Below the pieces are notes generated by a model. It made no database searches, was not told where the DNA came from, and worked only from the letters and a program-made list of their open reading frames with translations. Shown piece by piece: positions 28,173 through 40,768 of a stretch of 64,000 nucleotides of DNA. Source of the DNA: Balanoglossus misakiensis. Lineage: Eukaryota; Animalia; Hemichordata. The stretch lies in contig CM082577.2 of assembly GCA_040954595.2 (NCBI GenBank), forward strand, positions 3,181,703 to 3,245,702, read 5' to 3'. Positions within the stretch are counted from its first letter, which is position 1; every line of letters starts with the position of its first letter. The translations under genes and the position numbers were made by a program.

Positions 28173-28868
28173 ATTCAACCAGTTTAAAATTATTGAATTT
28201 AATTATGTCATGAGCAATATGTGTTTGGCATTTAATCCTTGGGTATCTTTTCCAATCGTTATTACCGAATCGAAACAATTTTATTCAGCAGTAAGATATC
28301 CCATTTTTTATAAACTTAAATTGCTTTTCGGTTATCCTAATAAATCACTATTCATCTTGGAAGTGGGTAGTATTTTATTTCACTTCCTTAATTCGTTTTG
28401 CCCTTTATAAGACAGTTGGCGTGCCCGAGACAAACTCATTAAAATACAAAAGTGAAACTAGGAAAACACACCACCCTTGTTGAAGAAAAAAAAAACACAA
28501 CTCATTGTTGGTATCCCCTGGTGTACCACAGCAAAGGTTGAACCAATTCCTCACGATATAAGCCCCCTTCCTTCCACTTTGCTATGGTGGAGTTTCCGGG
28601 TTGCCAAATTTCATACATCCTGCCACGGTCACTGTGTGTGGGGTGAGCGTGCATGATCCTGCAAACGGTCGCTGGGATGAAACACGGGTAGGCCCCACCA
28701 ATGTAAACTAACAAAGTAGGCCTACAACATGCTAAGCGTGTATAGTCGCCTTGTAGGCACAATCTACCAATCTTTAACTTAGATCCCACAAGCGAGATTG
28801 TGCTGTGTGGTACATAGTCCGTTACAAACGATATACTATACCATAGCGCCATCACTCTAAGTCACTAT

Positions 28869-28878
28869 GTCACGTGAC
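28869..28878. promoter_or_regulatory. Perfect palindromic GTCACGTGAC (CLEAR/USF/MiT-TFE E-box) ~125 bp upstream of the Hedge/M15 gene ATG
   Basis: Exact 10-bp match to the CLEAR consensus; function inferred only. Confidence 0.5.
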
Positions 28879-29003
28879 CATGGTACTTCCTGATGCTAAT
28901 CAAACTTTAATACAAGGAAGTTCCGAGTAGTTGACGTACACTCAAAGGGAAGGCAGCCGAAGTGTTGCAAGTGTCTCAAGAAGTCCACGAGCAAGACAGA
29001 ATA

Positions 29004-32000
29004 ATGGCACGATTCCTACCCCTGCTTCTGGTGGGGCTAGTGTTTTCGCCTTCTTCAAGTAAGTAATCGCAGTGGCTGCCGGGTGAATATCCTTTGCCTT
29101 ATACGCTCGACGCGAGTGCGATCCTGAAGACACCGAACTTTTCTGTTACAAGTTCAAGGTCATATATTTCTGAGTTGAAACTGTGGTATGACATATCGGG
29201 TTGCTACGCCAGCCATCGAAACTTTCAAGTTTAAGTTTTAGCTCTTTGGAATTGAGTGACGAACGAACCTATACTGTTTTAAGTGTCTGTTGTTGTCGTT
29301 CATACGTCATGTTGTTTTGTTTCTTTAGTTCAACAGTCATGGACGGTGACGCTTCAAACCCGACACAACTTTCGTACGTGTTATTGTCAACGTCAATGTA
29401 CCGTTAGACCGAGAGTGTAAACTTCGCGATGAGACCATTTTTCGGGTGATCAAAGCTTTTTTTCGGAACACCTAATGTTGGACGCGACGGGACATATATG
29501 TGTTGGTTGAGGGGGGGGGGGGGTTCCGTAACTGCAAGGGGGGGGGTCATTAGCGTATCAGTCGCCGATATCTATGAGACCACTTTTAAGTTTTATAATA
29601 AAACCTACAAAATGATAGTACACTAGCCACGATCAGCACAATAGACGTTTTGTTGTTGTTGTTGTTTTTTTTTAGCTCGGACTATATTATCATTTTGTTG
29701 GTTTTATAAGTTGTCATTTGTGGCATATATTACTACTTATTATGGAATACACATACAGCTGATACACTTAATTAATATATGCAACAAACATATGTGCTGA
29801 AGTGATATATGCAGCAAACTATATATTTCACCACACAATTTACACTTTAAATTATTTTTAGGTGACAAATATTGTAAACTTTATGATAGCACTAGTATAT
29901 GATCACTAGAAAAAATTTCTCATGTCAATAAAAAAAATAAACCTTTAAAAGTTCAATTTTATTATCTTGGCAGGTGCATCTGATGGTGTCTTATTCCCTA
30001 GTGGTAATGTCTTTCAGCCGGTTGAGTTAACTCCTGGTAGCGATGCGGAAGAAAATCATGAGGACCCTTTCAACACAGGAGCCGAGCTGTTTGACTCCAC
30101 GGGACAGGAAAACATGCGACTGTCACTTAACTACCACGTGAAAGATTTCAAATCCAGCTCCTCACAGTACTACAGAGCACACCCAGTGCTTTTACAGTGT
30201 CTGCAGAAAGTCAGAACAGCCATGTACAAGCAAGGAGAAAAGGTATAAAATAGGCACAATGTGTATGTGTGTTCAAAATCGCAAACCTATAGGGTCTTAA
30301 TATGCAAATAATATTATTAACCAATTAGAGTCAGCCATAAATAAAGTACCCCTATCTTACTTGTAACCAATAGCTCTTATTATACGTGTCACTCACTCAA
30401 AGGCCGAGTAATGTTGTCAGCATAGAACATGTGCTAAAAATAAAATACTAATTAAGTGTGAATATAAATGATGAAAATAAGAAGGCAGAGAATTATCAAA
30501 GCATTTCTGAATAATAGAAACTGTTGCTCATGGCCATCTCTCGAAGATAGCTGGTGATTAGCTGTCGTGTATTTTGATTGCAACTTCAGTCAGTTGCACA
30601 GCTAATCAATTTCCTTGAAGTTTTCTGTCTGGTGAATTATTCTTTCATCTAGTTTTTAATTCAGCTCAATCAGAATACAGGATAACACTTTAAATTTGTA
30701 CTCTAACAAACTGAGGACCCACATTTAGCAAGTGGTTCAGCCAGTGGTCAAAAGTGTGCCCCAATTTTATTGGGAAAGAAAAAAAATCAATAGATAGCAC
30801 ACAGAGTTTGTAGTCACGCATTGTTTGATAAATACCAATGGTTGCTTTGAATAACCTTTGTTTAACTCTATCACAAATCTATTGTGGTAATGAGATCATA
30901 AACTATGTTGGCTTCACTGTTTCCAAAAACAACACATTTGTGATTGATTTTCTGAACTGCAGTGGTGTGTAAAAATAGCCTTTCGGTACCACTGGCACTT
31001 TTCAGTTCATTCTGTAGCAACATGTGCATGTATGTAAATTTATGAAATCGTGTTCCATTTATAAATAGAAGATAAATAAACAAAATTAACATTTCATTAA
31101 ACGGCTAGTCCATGGCAACTTTGGCCAACCGAACAGAGATGTAAAATATAACAGAAAAAAACAACACTCAGTGACCTTTAAGCTTGTGTGTTTATACGTA
31201 ACCAATGCGTTGCTATGTAATGCTGGCTTTATCTGCATCGTGACTTGGTTGATCATTTGAGGGAAAAATATTTTAGTTGTACTGTTGATATGGGCTTTTT
31301 GTTGGAGCAGCTCAAATAAACTGGTTTTCGGAATTGGTCCACCACATATCCTGGACCAGGCTTTGTTTTCCAAAAGACGTTTTTGTGTGGAATAAGTGTT
31401 TCCTGGTTCATTAAACCTGTTTCACTGAAAAGAAATCTTCAGTTCCATTGTTGTCAATATTTGGACATCACCTAGTATTACACGGGGAAATGGCAATTGA
31501 GAGGTTGGACCAAAGTAAAATGGATATAAATTAAAGTCCATGCCCGTTTTACCAGTTTTTAAGTGGGAGACCAGAGAATGGTCTGATTACTGCAGGTTGT
31601 TCAAGTAATTGTCTTTTTTTCTTGCTTGCTCCAAGCTAACTAGATCGATGCCCAGACATACATCCAACATGTGTGCATTAGGAACTGAGATTCCAGACGT
31701 TCTGAATAAACAAGGAAATAAAAATACCTGCTTAGACATACACGCCATAGAAGTATTGTGAGCATTCACAATACATTACCTTGACCAGCTGTTTTCTTCA
31801 GCTTACACCGTCAGCTTACACCTTAAGTGAATTTACATATACAAGGCTGTTTGTTATTTGTACAAACAATTCAGCTTTTTGGCAATTACATTTCATACCA
31901 TCATTTAATTCTTTTTAAATTGTAAGATTTGAAAGAAGAATAGGTAGTTGGCTGTAGTGGAATTATGCAAAATTAAAGAGATTTTATACATAATATATAC

Positions 32001-35000
32001 ATGTAGAATTACAGAGATACATGAACCTAACAATTTCATTTTGATATCAACGTTTGGAAATAGTAAAAAGAATTTCCTTGCTTCAGTTATAATTGGCCTA
32101 CATGTGCTGACCAGGTGTTTTTTTTCCCCACTCTCACAGGTGGTGATAGCGACAGCCTACCAGACCAGAGACGATGTGTCCGGTTCAACCGACACACACA
32201 TGCAGTACTTGAGGTCCGGTTCTGCTGCAGAGATAGAATATAAAAATGGCGGCACTGGACTGAAGACTGCAGTGGACTTGGCAGATGTAGTTGTCAGACA
32301 GTGCATCACTCTTTTTCATGTAAGACCTGATTTTTTTGTTCATGCCTAAACCTTTCTAAGGGACTTTAAAAACCTGTACTACTGGTTTAACCTTTCACCC
32401 CTGTTTCCGCTGTAGAGGTCCAACTTTACCTTAGAAAACAATGGATTAGGACCAAACCATGTTGGCGAAAGGGTTTAAGGTCACTCTTTGATGCTAAAAT
32501 GTGTTCACCACTCTGTGGAACATTGCCGTTTTATTGCTTTAGCCTTTGTGTGTTGACACACAGAGTTGGATCTACCGCCAATCTGGATACACATACATGT
32601 ACATGTACACACATACACATTCATGGAAACGACCTTCCAAGACATTACAACGCAAACAAACTGTTTGAAAGTAGGCAAGTAGTCCTTTAAGTCTAGTGAC
32701 GTACATACATGTACTGTCCATGTACTGTCCGTGTACATATGATTCAACAGCTATCGAAGAAACAGTCCCAAAACCAGTTTAAACGTGATGACATGACAAT
32801 GCATTAGCTGTTGTTAAAATTTCATAATTATCTTGAACATTTTAAATACAGCCTCTGTATTTAAAACCCAGCAAATGAAATTTACGTGTCATTCAGCTTC
32901 ATCTTTTAGTAAAAATGCCAAAATCACCTTGAGAATTCACAGTTGCCTGCAAAATGAAAACAAACTCTATAGTTCCTGTTATCAAGGGATGATTATGGAA
33001 GTCAGGAAATGTATCATTGCATCCTGTGATAAGCCCGTGTGTGTCTCTAATATTGGTGACATGTTTGCAGGTTATTATGTCTCCGATACAAAACTCGCTT
33101 CCAGTGTGTGAGAATTGCAAATATAATCTGAGTGGTCATTTGTGCCTATTTGATAAAATCCTAGAGTAGACACACACATTTTACTTGTCTTGCTCCACTC
33201 ATCAGGTCACAAAACATTAATACACCACTGTGTATTTTATTCATGTTCCAGGGCATACAGCGAGATATTGGTCTGTATCTGTATGCAGATAAAGTCCATG
33301 TCCACATCCAGGGCCCTGATGAAGAGACTGCTTACTACGGTGCGGCCAGTGATGCGGACAAAACTGCGGCTGAGCTGGAGGCAAGAGTCCTTGACATCAC
33401 GGATGAAGTCTATGGTAAGGTCTTACTCTATTACCCCTCACCTGTACTATGGCACCCTCAAATTTATTGCTGAGAGTAACATAGTCCCAATTATCTGAAT
33501 ACCACATATTTCTTAGATTTTCATTGGTGAAAACATTTAAGGAGAGTTTTCAATCTAGCTTGGTTTGTCCTGGGCTGTCAGTAAGTTCAAGCTTTTTCTG
33601 AAATTTTATTTTATTTTGATTTTTGCAAATGTGTGACAATGAATTCTCACAGATCCTGCCAGGTCTCCAGATTGTGATCTGACTGAGCACAGTCTGTCAA
33701 ATGGAGATCACTACCCTACCAGTGTCAACTCGGCTGAGGAAGCGGTCGGTGCTTTGGACAGAAAAGTTACAAGAACAATGGAAGCTGATTTTGGCAGGTA
33801 GTGATACTCAGATTGTGGTTAAAAATTTTTGTGGCAGGACATTTGCGTAATCGTATCGGTTAAACAGTTTGAAAATTGTGCAGCTGGCAGTCTTGAAGTT
33901 TTATAGTGTATTTTGAGTGTCTTGACAGTGTTTTGTCTTATGAAACTCTTTTTGCCCCATTTTCCTGCAAAATCACATCCAGATCCACATCCTTCTCCTA
34001 CTGTTCAAGTTTCTTATGTTTTGCAAACATTAATAACACATACTTCTCTCTTCTCAGACTCATTCAGTATGCTGGTAGAAACATTGAATTTGAAAACTCT
34101 GAGAGATCGGCATCATGGTGTGGCAGCAGTGGACGTGCGTGCGTCGATTGCAGTGCAGGCATCAAAGGATCAACACCAAACAGCAGGTCTGTTGTAAAAA
34201 GATTTTACATCATCTGCAGGAGGGATGGTGACATTGATCAAAGCTATTTCCCCTTCCTCTTCCTGCACACTCATGCCTGGCACTACAATCATTTCAAACA
34301 ATTTACCAAGAGCCATTGTATACAGGCCTAATCTGATTTGCTATCATCGAATTGAAGATGACACATTATCACCAGCTATCTTGATTGCCATCCTTTTGTC
34401 CTGGTATCTTAAATCCTCTACTTTGTGTTAGTTATCTGTTGATCATGTGAGATAGATCTGATAATTGAATTTCCGCCTTCCCCCCCCCCCCCCTCCCCAA
34501 ACTGGTGATATGTGGTGAATGGTAATTGGTATGATCTCACTGATACATAATGCAAAATGATAATATATAATTTAGCCAACAGTATAGTTGAAAGGAAATT
34601 TTAAATGACAAACGTTGGCTGGCTAAGATGTGTGTTAACATTAACTATACCTTGAAATCAGAGATGACAAAATACATTTTCAATTGAACACAAATTATAT
34701 TGTCGTGACTATTTTTATGCTTAATTAACTTGGACTTCCTGGTGACTTTGGCCAATTGTCTCGTGAATATCGATCGAACCATAACCTTTGTCCTGATTTC
34801 TGCCACAGATGTTCCGATCGTGTGATGAGTACCAGGCTGAACAATGTCATCAAATATTTACAGATGATGGTCAGAAATCAGTGGCCGGGAGGTAAGAACA
34901 TCATAAATTATGAGTAGGTCACCAGGGGTAAAGGTGTGGACAGGTTAAGTTCAAGGGCACCTTGACATAAAGGACAAAGATTTCCTGTTACATTGAGCTG

Positions 35001-38000
35001 TTATTCTATGACAATTTTTTGTGCCTTGTACAATATTACCTCTTGTATGCATCCTCAAGGAAAGCAAATAAAAACAAAAATCTCCAACAGAAAAATTTAT
35101 TTTGAATCATATGACATTCCTCATATTAATTATTGTTTTCTTTCTGTTGCAAAGTAAAACTGAAGGTGACAGAAGCCTGGGACGAACCGTACTACGGAAG
35201 TCCCTACCCTGATGGAGACCATGCACCCGACTCTCTGCACTATGAGGGCAGGGCAGCGGCACTGACTGTTTCCGACGATGACAATGGTAAACTCACCAAC
35301 CTGGCGTCGTTCGCAATATGTTCAGGAATGGACTATGTACAACACAATGGTACGATGAATTAGGATTGCTTTATATCTGTAGGGTTTAATCCTTTCACCC
35401 CCAATTCCCTTTTCAAAGGTGCAACCTATCATATCCCCACATGAAGCCAAGCAGCCCTTGGAACTTTTTGACAAAATGCCTGATTTCTGTTTTCACATTC
35501 ATCATCTAATACTTTCAGGCGATCACATCTTTGTGGCAGTCAGGAAGCAGGATGGCCCCCAGCAGAGGCTTGTCCATTTCCCGATTGCTGACCTTTTGGC
35601 CGCCGAGGCTCCGGCCGATGACGTGGACATCTACGCCGTACCGGACGGCTACAGTGAGGAAGACAAGGCAGAAATGTACCTCTTTGACAGTGATCACAAA
35701 GTGAGTGGAAATTTTTTTATTATGATTACCTGGAACATTGTCCCAGCTGTGTCCAGCCTTGTAATTTGTATCAGCATTTGCAACCAATACGTTAATGTTT
35801 TAATTCCCGGGAATTTTGATTGAATTCCAGGAAGAGAAGAAACTGTCGAACAATGCCACGATTAAAGACTTCAAGTCACCTTCCAGTAGATACTTCAGAC
35901 TTAATCCACGATTGGTGGAATGCTATCAACACATTGTGACCAGAGAAAACAAGGCCAGGAAAGAGAATGGTAAGGCAATGTTGGTTTACCATGTGACTGC
36001 CATGTGACATTTCGCTTAATCTACGACAATCTCTGATTTGACACCATGAAATGTACTTGAATTCGTTCACATCAAATCATGGGTGCAGTCATAATTAAAG
36101 CCAAAAAGTGTAACTTAATTAATACGGTAATATCAAGTTGCCAATTTCCTTTTTTTTTCCAGATCCACCAATCAAAGTGATTGTCGACAGAGCCTACCTG
36201 ACCAACCCAGAACAAGACAGCCAGATTCCCGACGTCGATCCACGATACAACAACCATGTGGTAGGACGAGCTATGCAGATACATTACGACCTCTCCACTG
36301 GACTCGACCCCAAGCACTACACTCCGAACAGGCTTGCCAAGAGAGCTGTACACAAGTGCGGTCCCGTATTTGTTGCTAAACAGTACAGCATTGGCGTTGG
36401 TAAGGAATTGGTTCTTTGTAGTGAGCGTAGAAGGAAAATATCATTAGTGTTTTGTAATATAAAACACCTGAAGACATAAAAGTAGTACTACCTGCCCTGT
36501 AGTCTCAGTGCTGTGGTATATATGATATAGCTTTACATATCAGACATACAAGATGTACGTTAGCATATATTACCTGAATACTTCAGTATGTGTATAAATG
36601 GGTCATTCTGGTCTTTACATGCAGGTCAGGTCAGGGCCAAATATCACAAAGTTCAGTGTTGGGACGTGTTGAATGTGTGTGTGTGGGGGTGGATGCGGTA
36701 CAGTGCACAGGTCACTCATGTGGAACCTCTGTGAAAAAGACAACTTTCTCTCGCAGTGACATGCTCACAGTGTCTGCATTAATGCACAGAGACCTTGGTT
36801 ATTATTTGTAAGCGAAAGAGAACCGCACTGGGTGGAATGTTTATTGTTTTGTTTGTCGGTGCGTAGGAGGTACATGTAGCGTCTCACAGTGCGTCGCGTC
36901 CCACACATTGTTTTGAATGCAATTAAATCTTTTGTCTGGAATTGTAGTATCCTTATGCTACACAGTTTTCTAGGACAGCCAGTTTTGATTCCTGAGGGTC
37001 TAGTCTCGATTGTCGATACAGAAATTCAGCTTGGACAGAATTTACTTGTCTAAAGTTTTGTCTGGCTCATGATCCATTTTCTATATATTCACCAAACTTA
37101 CATTTACATTGGTTGAGTCTGTCATTTCCATTAAGGTGCGCCAGTACATACATTTTGTAAACAAGAAAATATAAAATTTGACCTTCTTGGTGCATTAGGC
37201 AAGTAGGTCAACAGATGTGGATCAGCCGAACTGTGAATTAATTGTCTCCAGCAGGGCACAATGACTAACCTACTACATGTATATGTGGTGTTTTCACACT
37301 TCACATACTTTGGGCCCTAATTAAGCTTATTGACGAAATAACAAACATATATTGTGAAATCTGTGAGAACTAACACCTTGTTAAACTGGAAAAATGTTTG
37401 ATGTAAACATTTGGTCTTTTCCCTACTGATCTGAGGCCCTAATAAACTGAACACCTGGACTATACAGATATGCATTTAGAAAAAAAAAATTATATAAATT
37501 TATTTTGCTTCCCCTATGTATCATATCCACATATCCATAATATCCATACTTTATTTTCCTCTGTCACTGTTTTGGCAGGCATCTATGAGGATTCTGTTTA
37601 TGTTGACATCCGCGACAACTTTGATGCGTGGGTGGAGTCGGAGGATTTACTGCCGGTTAATAAGACAGAAGATGAGTTCCGAGACGACATGGAGAAGTGG
37701 CTGCAGCGATCCGTCGGTGGGTTTTCTCAGCTCATTAAAATACAACAGAAACTCTTAATCTTCAACAAGTGAAATTTTTGTTGTAACTCGCATAATGTGT
37801 GTAACAATTATCACACTGTCTCTTGTGGCCTGCAGTCTCGGGACTTTCCTCAACTGGCCTTTATAGACAGGTGGCTTTATAGACAGGCCAATAAATGTAC
37901 ATTGAAAATTGCACAGGGATTGTAACAAAGTGGCCACTATATAGAGGTGAGGTGGCCACTGTACAGAGGTGGTCACTAACACAGGTTTGACTATCAAATG

Positions 38001-40768
38001 CTTCAGTTGCTTAATTGCCCCCCCCCCCACCCCATAACGGTTGATTGCTGCTCCAATAGCAACAACCTGTAGGTGTACACGTACATATTTTCACATATCA
38101 GCAATCATGACGAGAGATTATATTTGTTCCCCCCCCCCCCCCTCCTTCTTTGGTGTACAGAGGGCCGCGTCATTGACCCTGACAACCCGGAGCGTGCCTG
38201 TCGCGAGTCGGTGGAACCACAGAAACAGTCGCCAGGTTTCAAACACGAACACCCACAATCAGTGAGGCGACGCAGGTCTGCAGGACAGGACCCCAATGAA
38301 TGCCAGGCCAAGACTAACACCAAACATTGCGACACAACCAAAGAACACAGAAATACTGAGGTGAGGGCGTGGCTCTACATACTGTGAAATACTTTATTTT
38401 CACTGGGATTTATTTTTGCTGAAAACAAAAAAAATGTTGAATAATTCTGAGATTTTATATTCACTATTTCTTGTCAACTTGTGTGCAGAGAATAGGAAAT
38501 AAGAGTTTTCGCTCAGATTTTATTTTAGCAGAAAAATGAGTCAAGTGAAAAATAGTGAAAATAATGTCCTAGTGAAAATTAGGTATTCTACACTATGGGC
38601 CGCGTTGCTTCAGATACACTGTATAGTCACCGTTGTGAGATGGTGAGATAGATTTTCATTTCTTTGATGCGGTTTGCAATATCGCTGAAGAAACAGAAAG
38701 TGTGTTTTCCATCTGTTTTGAGAGTTGCACGCAGTGACATAATTTCTTTAATGTTCTGTATGAAACGGAAACTGGCAAGGCTCTCCAAATCAACCAGAAA
38801 ATGCATGACTTGCATTCCTAGGAAACATTACAATGCGATCCAATTAAGTTCAGCGATTAGATGGCAACCTTTGGTCATATTGTAGTGAGTGAGCAATTTA
38901 CCGCTGGAGTTGTTAATACACTGGGAAACTTTGTTTACAGTCGGGGGCTCCTGCATTGCTCTTATGTTGTGCGTTGTTGTTGTCCTGTTACAGGTGACCA
39001 AAATCTGGACCCAGGTAACTCGCAAGCATCTGTATCACGACGCAGATGAGGTTGAACTTGCCCTGGAAGGATGTTTTGGTGTCTGTAGTACCTGCCAATC
39101 AGGTGAGGCGTGTCACATGACAGTCTGCAACCAATGGCTGCAATACTCTGGGAAGGTCGACCCCCCAGTGTTTGCTGATTGGTCATGAAATACATGTAAG
39201 AGAATGTTTGGGTTGACTCAGACACAGGCTGTGCCTATAAGCCAAGGGATAAATTGATGCTAAAGTATAAATTTCTCGCCGCAGGTGATCTCTGGTGGGA
39301 CAAGATTGAGAACTGCAACGAGTTTCTCCACTGGGTTCCATTCGACTTCTACGAGCAACACGACGAGGTTGCGTTCTATGTGAGAGAAAACACGGAGTTG
39401 AAGAATGCTGCCTGCCGGGGGCATTGTCTCGACAAAGCACCGCTGTTTTCACTTGTTGGTGAGTTTCGTGATCCTCGCTGGCTGGTCAGCCATGTTGGTC
39501 ATTATTGTTGTACGTTGCATAGGCCATCCTTTTGAGGCAGGATCGTTCTTTGCATGTAAAAATATGAAAAATATCTAAATATTTCTCACACACTGGAGCT
39601 CTCTGTAAATCAAAATTTCTGTAGTCTTTCCTTCATATTGTTTCTCTCTGCCCCTAAATGCGATTTTCTGAAACAAGATGCTGGATGTTTTGACTCCCTA
39701 TGTTCTTATTTCACTGTTGAATAGCGCCCTCTGTGGAAGAGCTCTTCAGGCCTGACCCCCAGCGCAGTGTGAAGGAGCCCCTGTACTCTGTCGCCAACAA
39801 CCCTCTTCCAGTCTACGACCTCCTGTACAAACTCTACGCCCTGCACGCCACCGGTCAGATCAAAGTCTATGTCAAAGATCAGGCTGAGTTGTCAACTCTC
39901 CGAGGACCTCTGAAGGTGAGATGTTTGGCAGTGCCCTTACCAAATTCTCAGGCACAAAACACACTCCAGAGATTATTACACACCCCAAACAAACCACTTC
40001 CCAAAGTGGTGCCTTTCGGGTATATAGGCAATGACACCTGATTCTATAGCTATAATTCTATAGATGTCTATAGAACCTTTTTTGGAAAGAGCTGAAATGG
40101 GTTTCACCAGTTCGTCATAAACACAAATTAAGCGCTTGGCAGGAGCTGTACACAAAAAGGACTGACGGTAAAAAATCTGTTAATTGTTGGTGTCAGTATA
40201 ACGGACATGTTTTCATTCTGTGTGATGCGTCCAATTCCAGATGGCCATGATCCACAACAAAGCCGTGACGGAGGTCAAGATCTACGTCTCGGATCCGAAC
40301 AAAGTGGATTCCGTCACCAGTTCCATGGAAAACATGCTGCTGGAGTGGACCAAGTCCAGCTGCCCGGATCATTCCAGGGAGTACGTGCCTCCGTTCAGCA
40401 TTGAGGTCATGCCATCAGGTATGGTAGCTCTGTTCTATCTGTTGGTGTTGTTAAGGCCTATTTTTTATACTCGTGATACGACAGGCAATCTCTGAATTGC
40501 TGATTGTAGAGAAGATAGAATTTAGAGAAAATAATCTTCGGTGGTCTTTGGCAGATTTTGTAGGGCAGTCGCCTAAAAACTCTGTTGAGAAAGCTAACAA
40601 ATTTATATGTGCTGTAAACTATGTCATTGTATGTTTTAACTATTCTCTGAATTTTATTTGATGCCAGGTATCACCAAGCGAAGTGCCGAACATGAACTGC
40701 GAGAGGAGATGTTGGCCAACCGCAAAAACTGGGAGAAGAATTGGTTGAAGTCCCATACCTTGCTGTAG
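29004..40768 (+). CDS. Secreted ~955-aa protein: signal peptide - M15-like domain - Hedgehog N-terminal (Hedge) domain - M15-like domain - furin site - Cys-rich C-terminal region; no Hint domain
   Basis: 18 phase-compatible GT/AG exons: 29004-29058 ([18 protein letters not shown]), 29974-30242, 32140-32319, 33252-33414, 33653-33797, 34058-34186, 34809-34891, 35155-35349, 35519-35700, 35831-35969, 36163-36399, 37579-37716, 38161-38360, 38994-39102, 39285-39458, 39725-39915, 40241-40418, 40668-40768 (2868 nt, TAG). Hedge motifs: SDRVMSTRL...[19 protein letters not shown]...SLHYEGRA...[24 protein letters not shown]. Confidence 0.88.
32387..32478. mobile_element. piggyBac-like MITE, same family as 9545-9640
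   Basis: TTAA CCTTTCACCC...tgtagaggtc...GAAAGGGT TTAA. Confidence 0.6.
37820..37993. mobile_element. Tc1/mariner-type MITE remnant, same family as 13338-13499
   Basis: Shared internal sequence and right end cactaacacaggtttgacta. Confidence 0.65.

Noticed and set aside
33653-35560. Calling this locus canonical hedgehog or hedgling
   Set aside because: There is no N-terminal CGPGR after the signal peptide, no GCF/Hint domain and no VWA or cadherin repeats; the Hedge domain is internal.
29974-37716. Recent bacterial horizontal transfer or contamination as the source of the M15-like domains
   Set aside because: The domains are split by many canonical spliceosomal introns containing host MITEs, so any transfer would be ancient.
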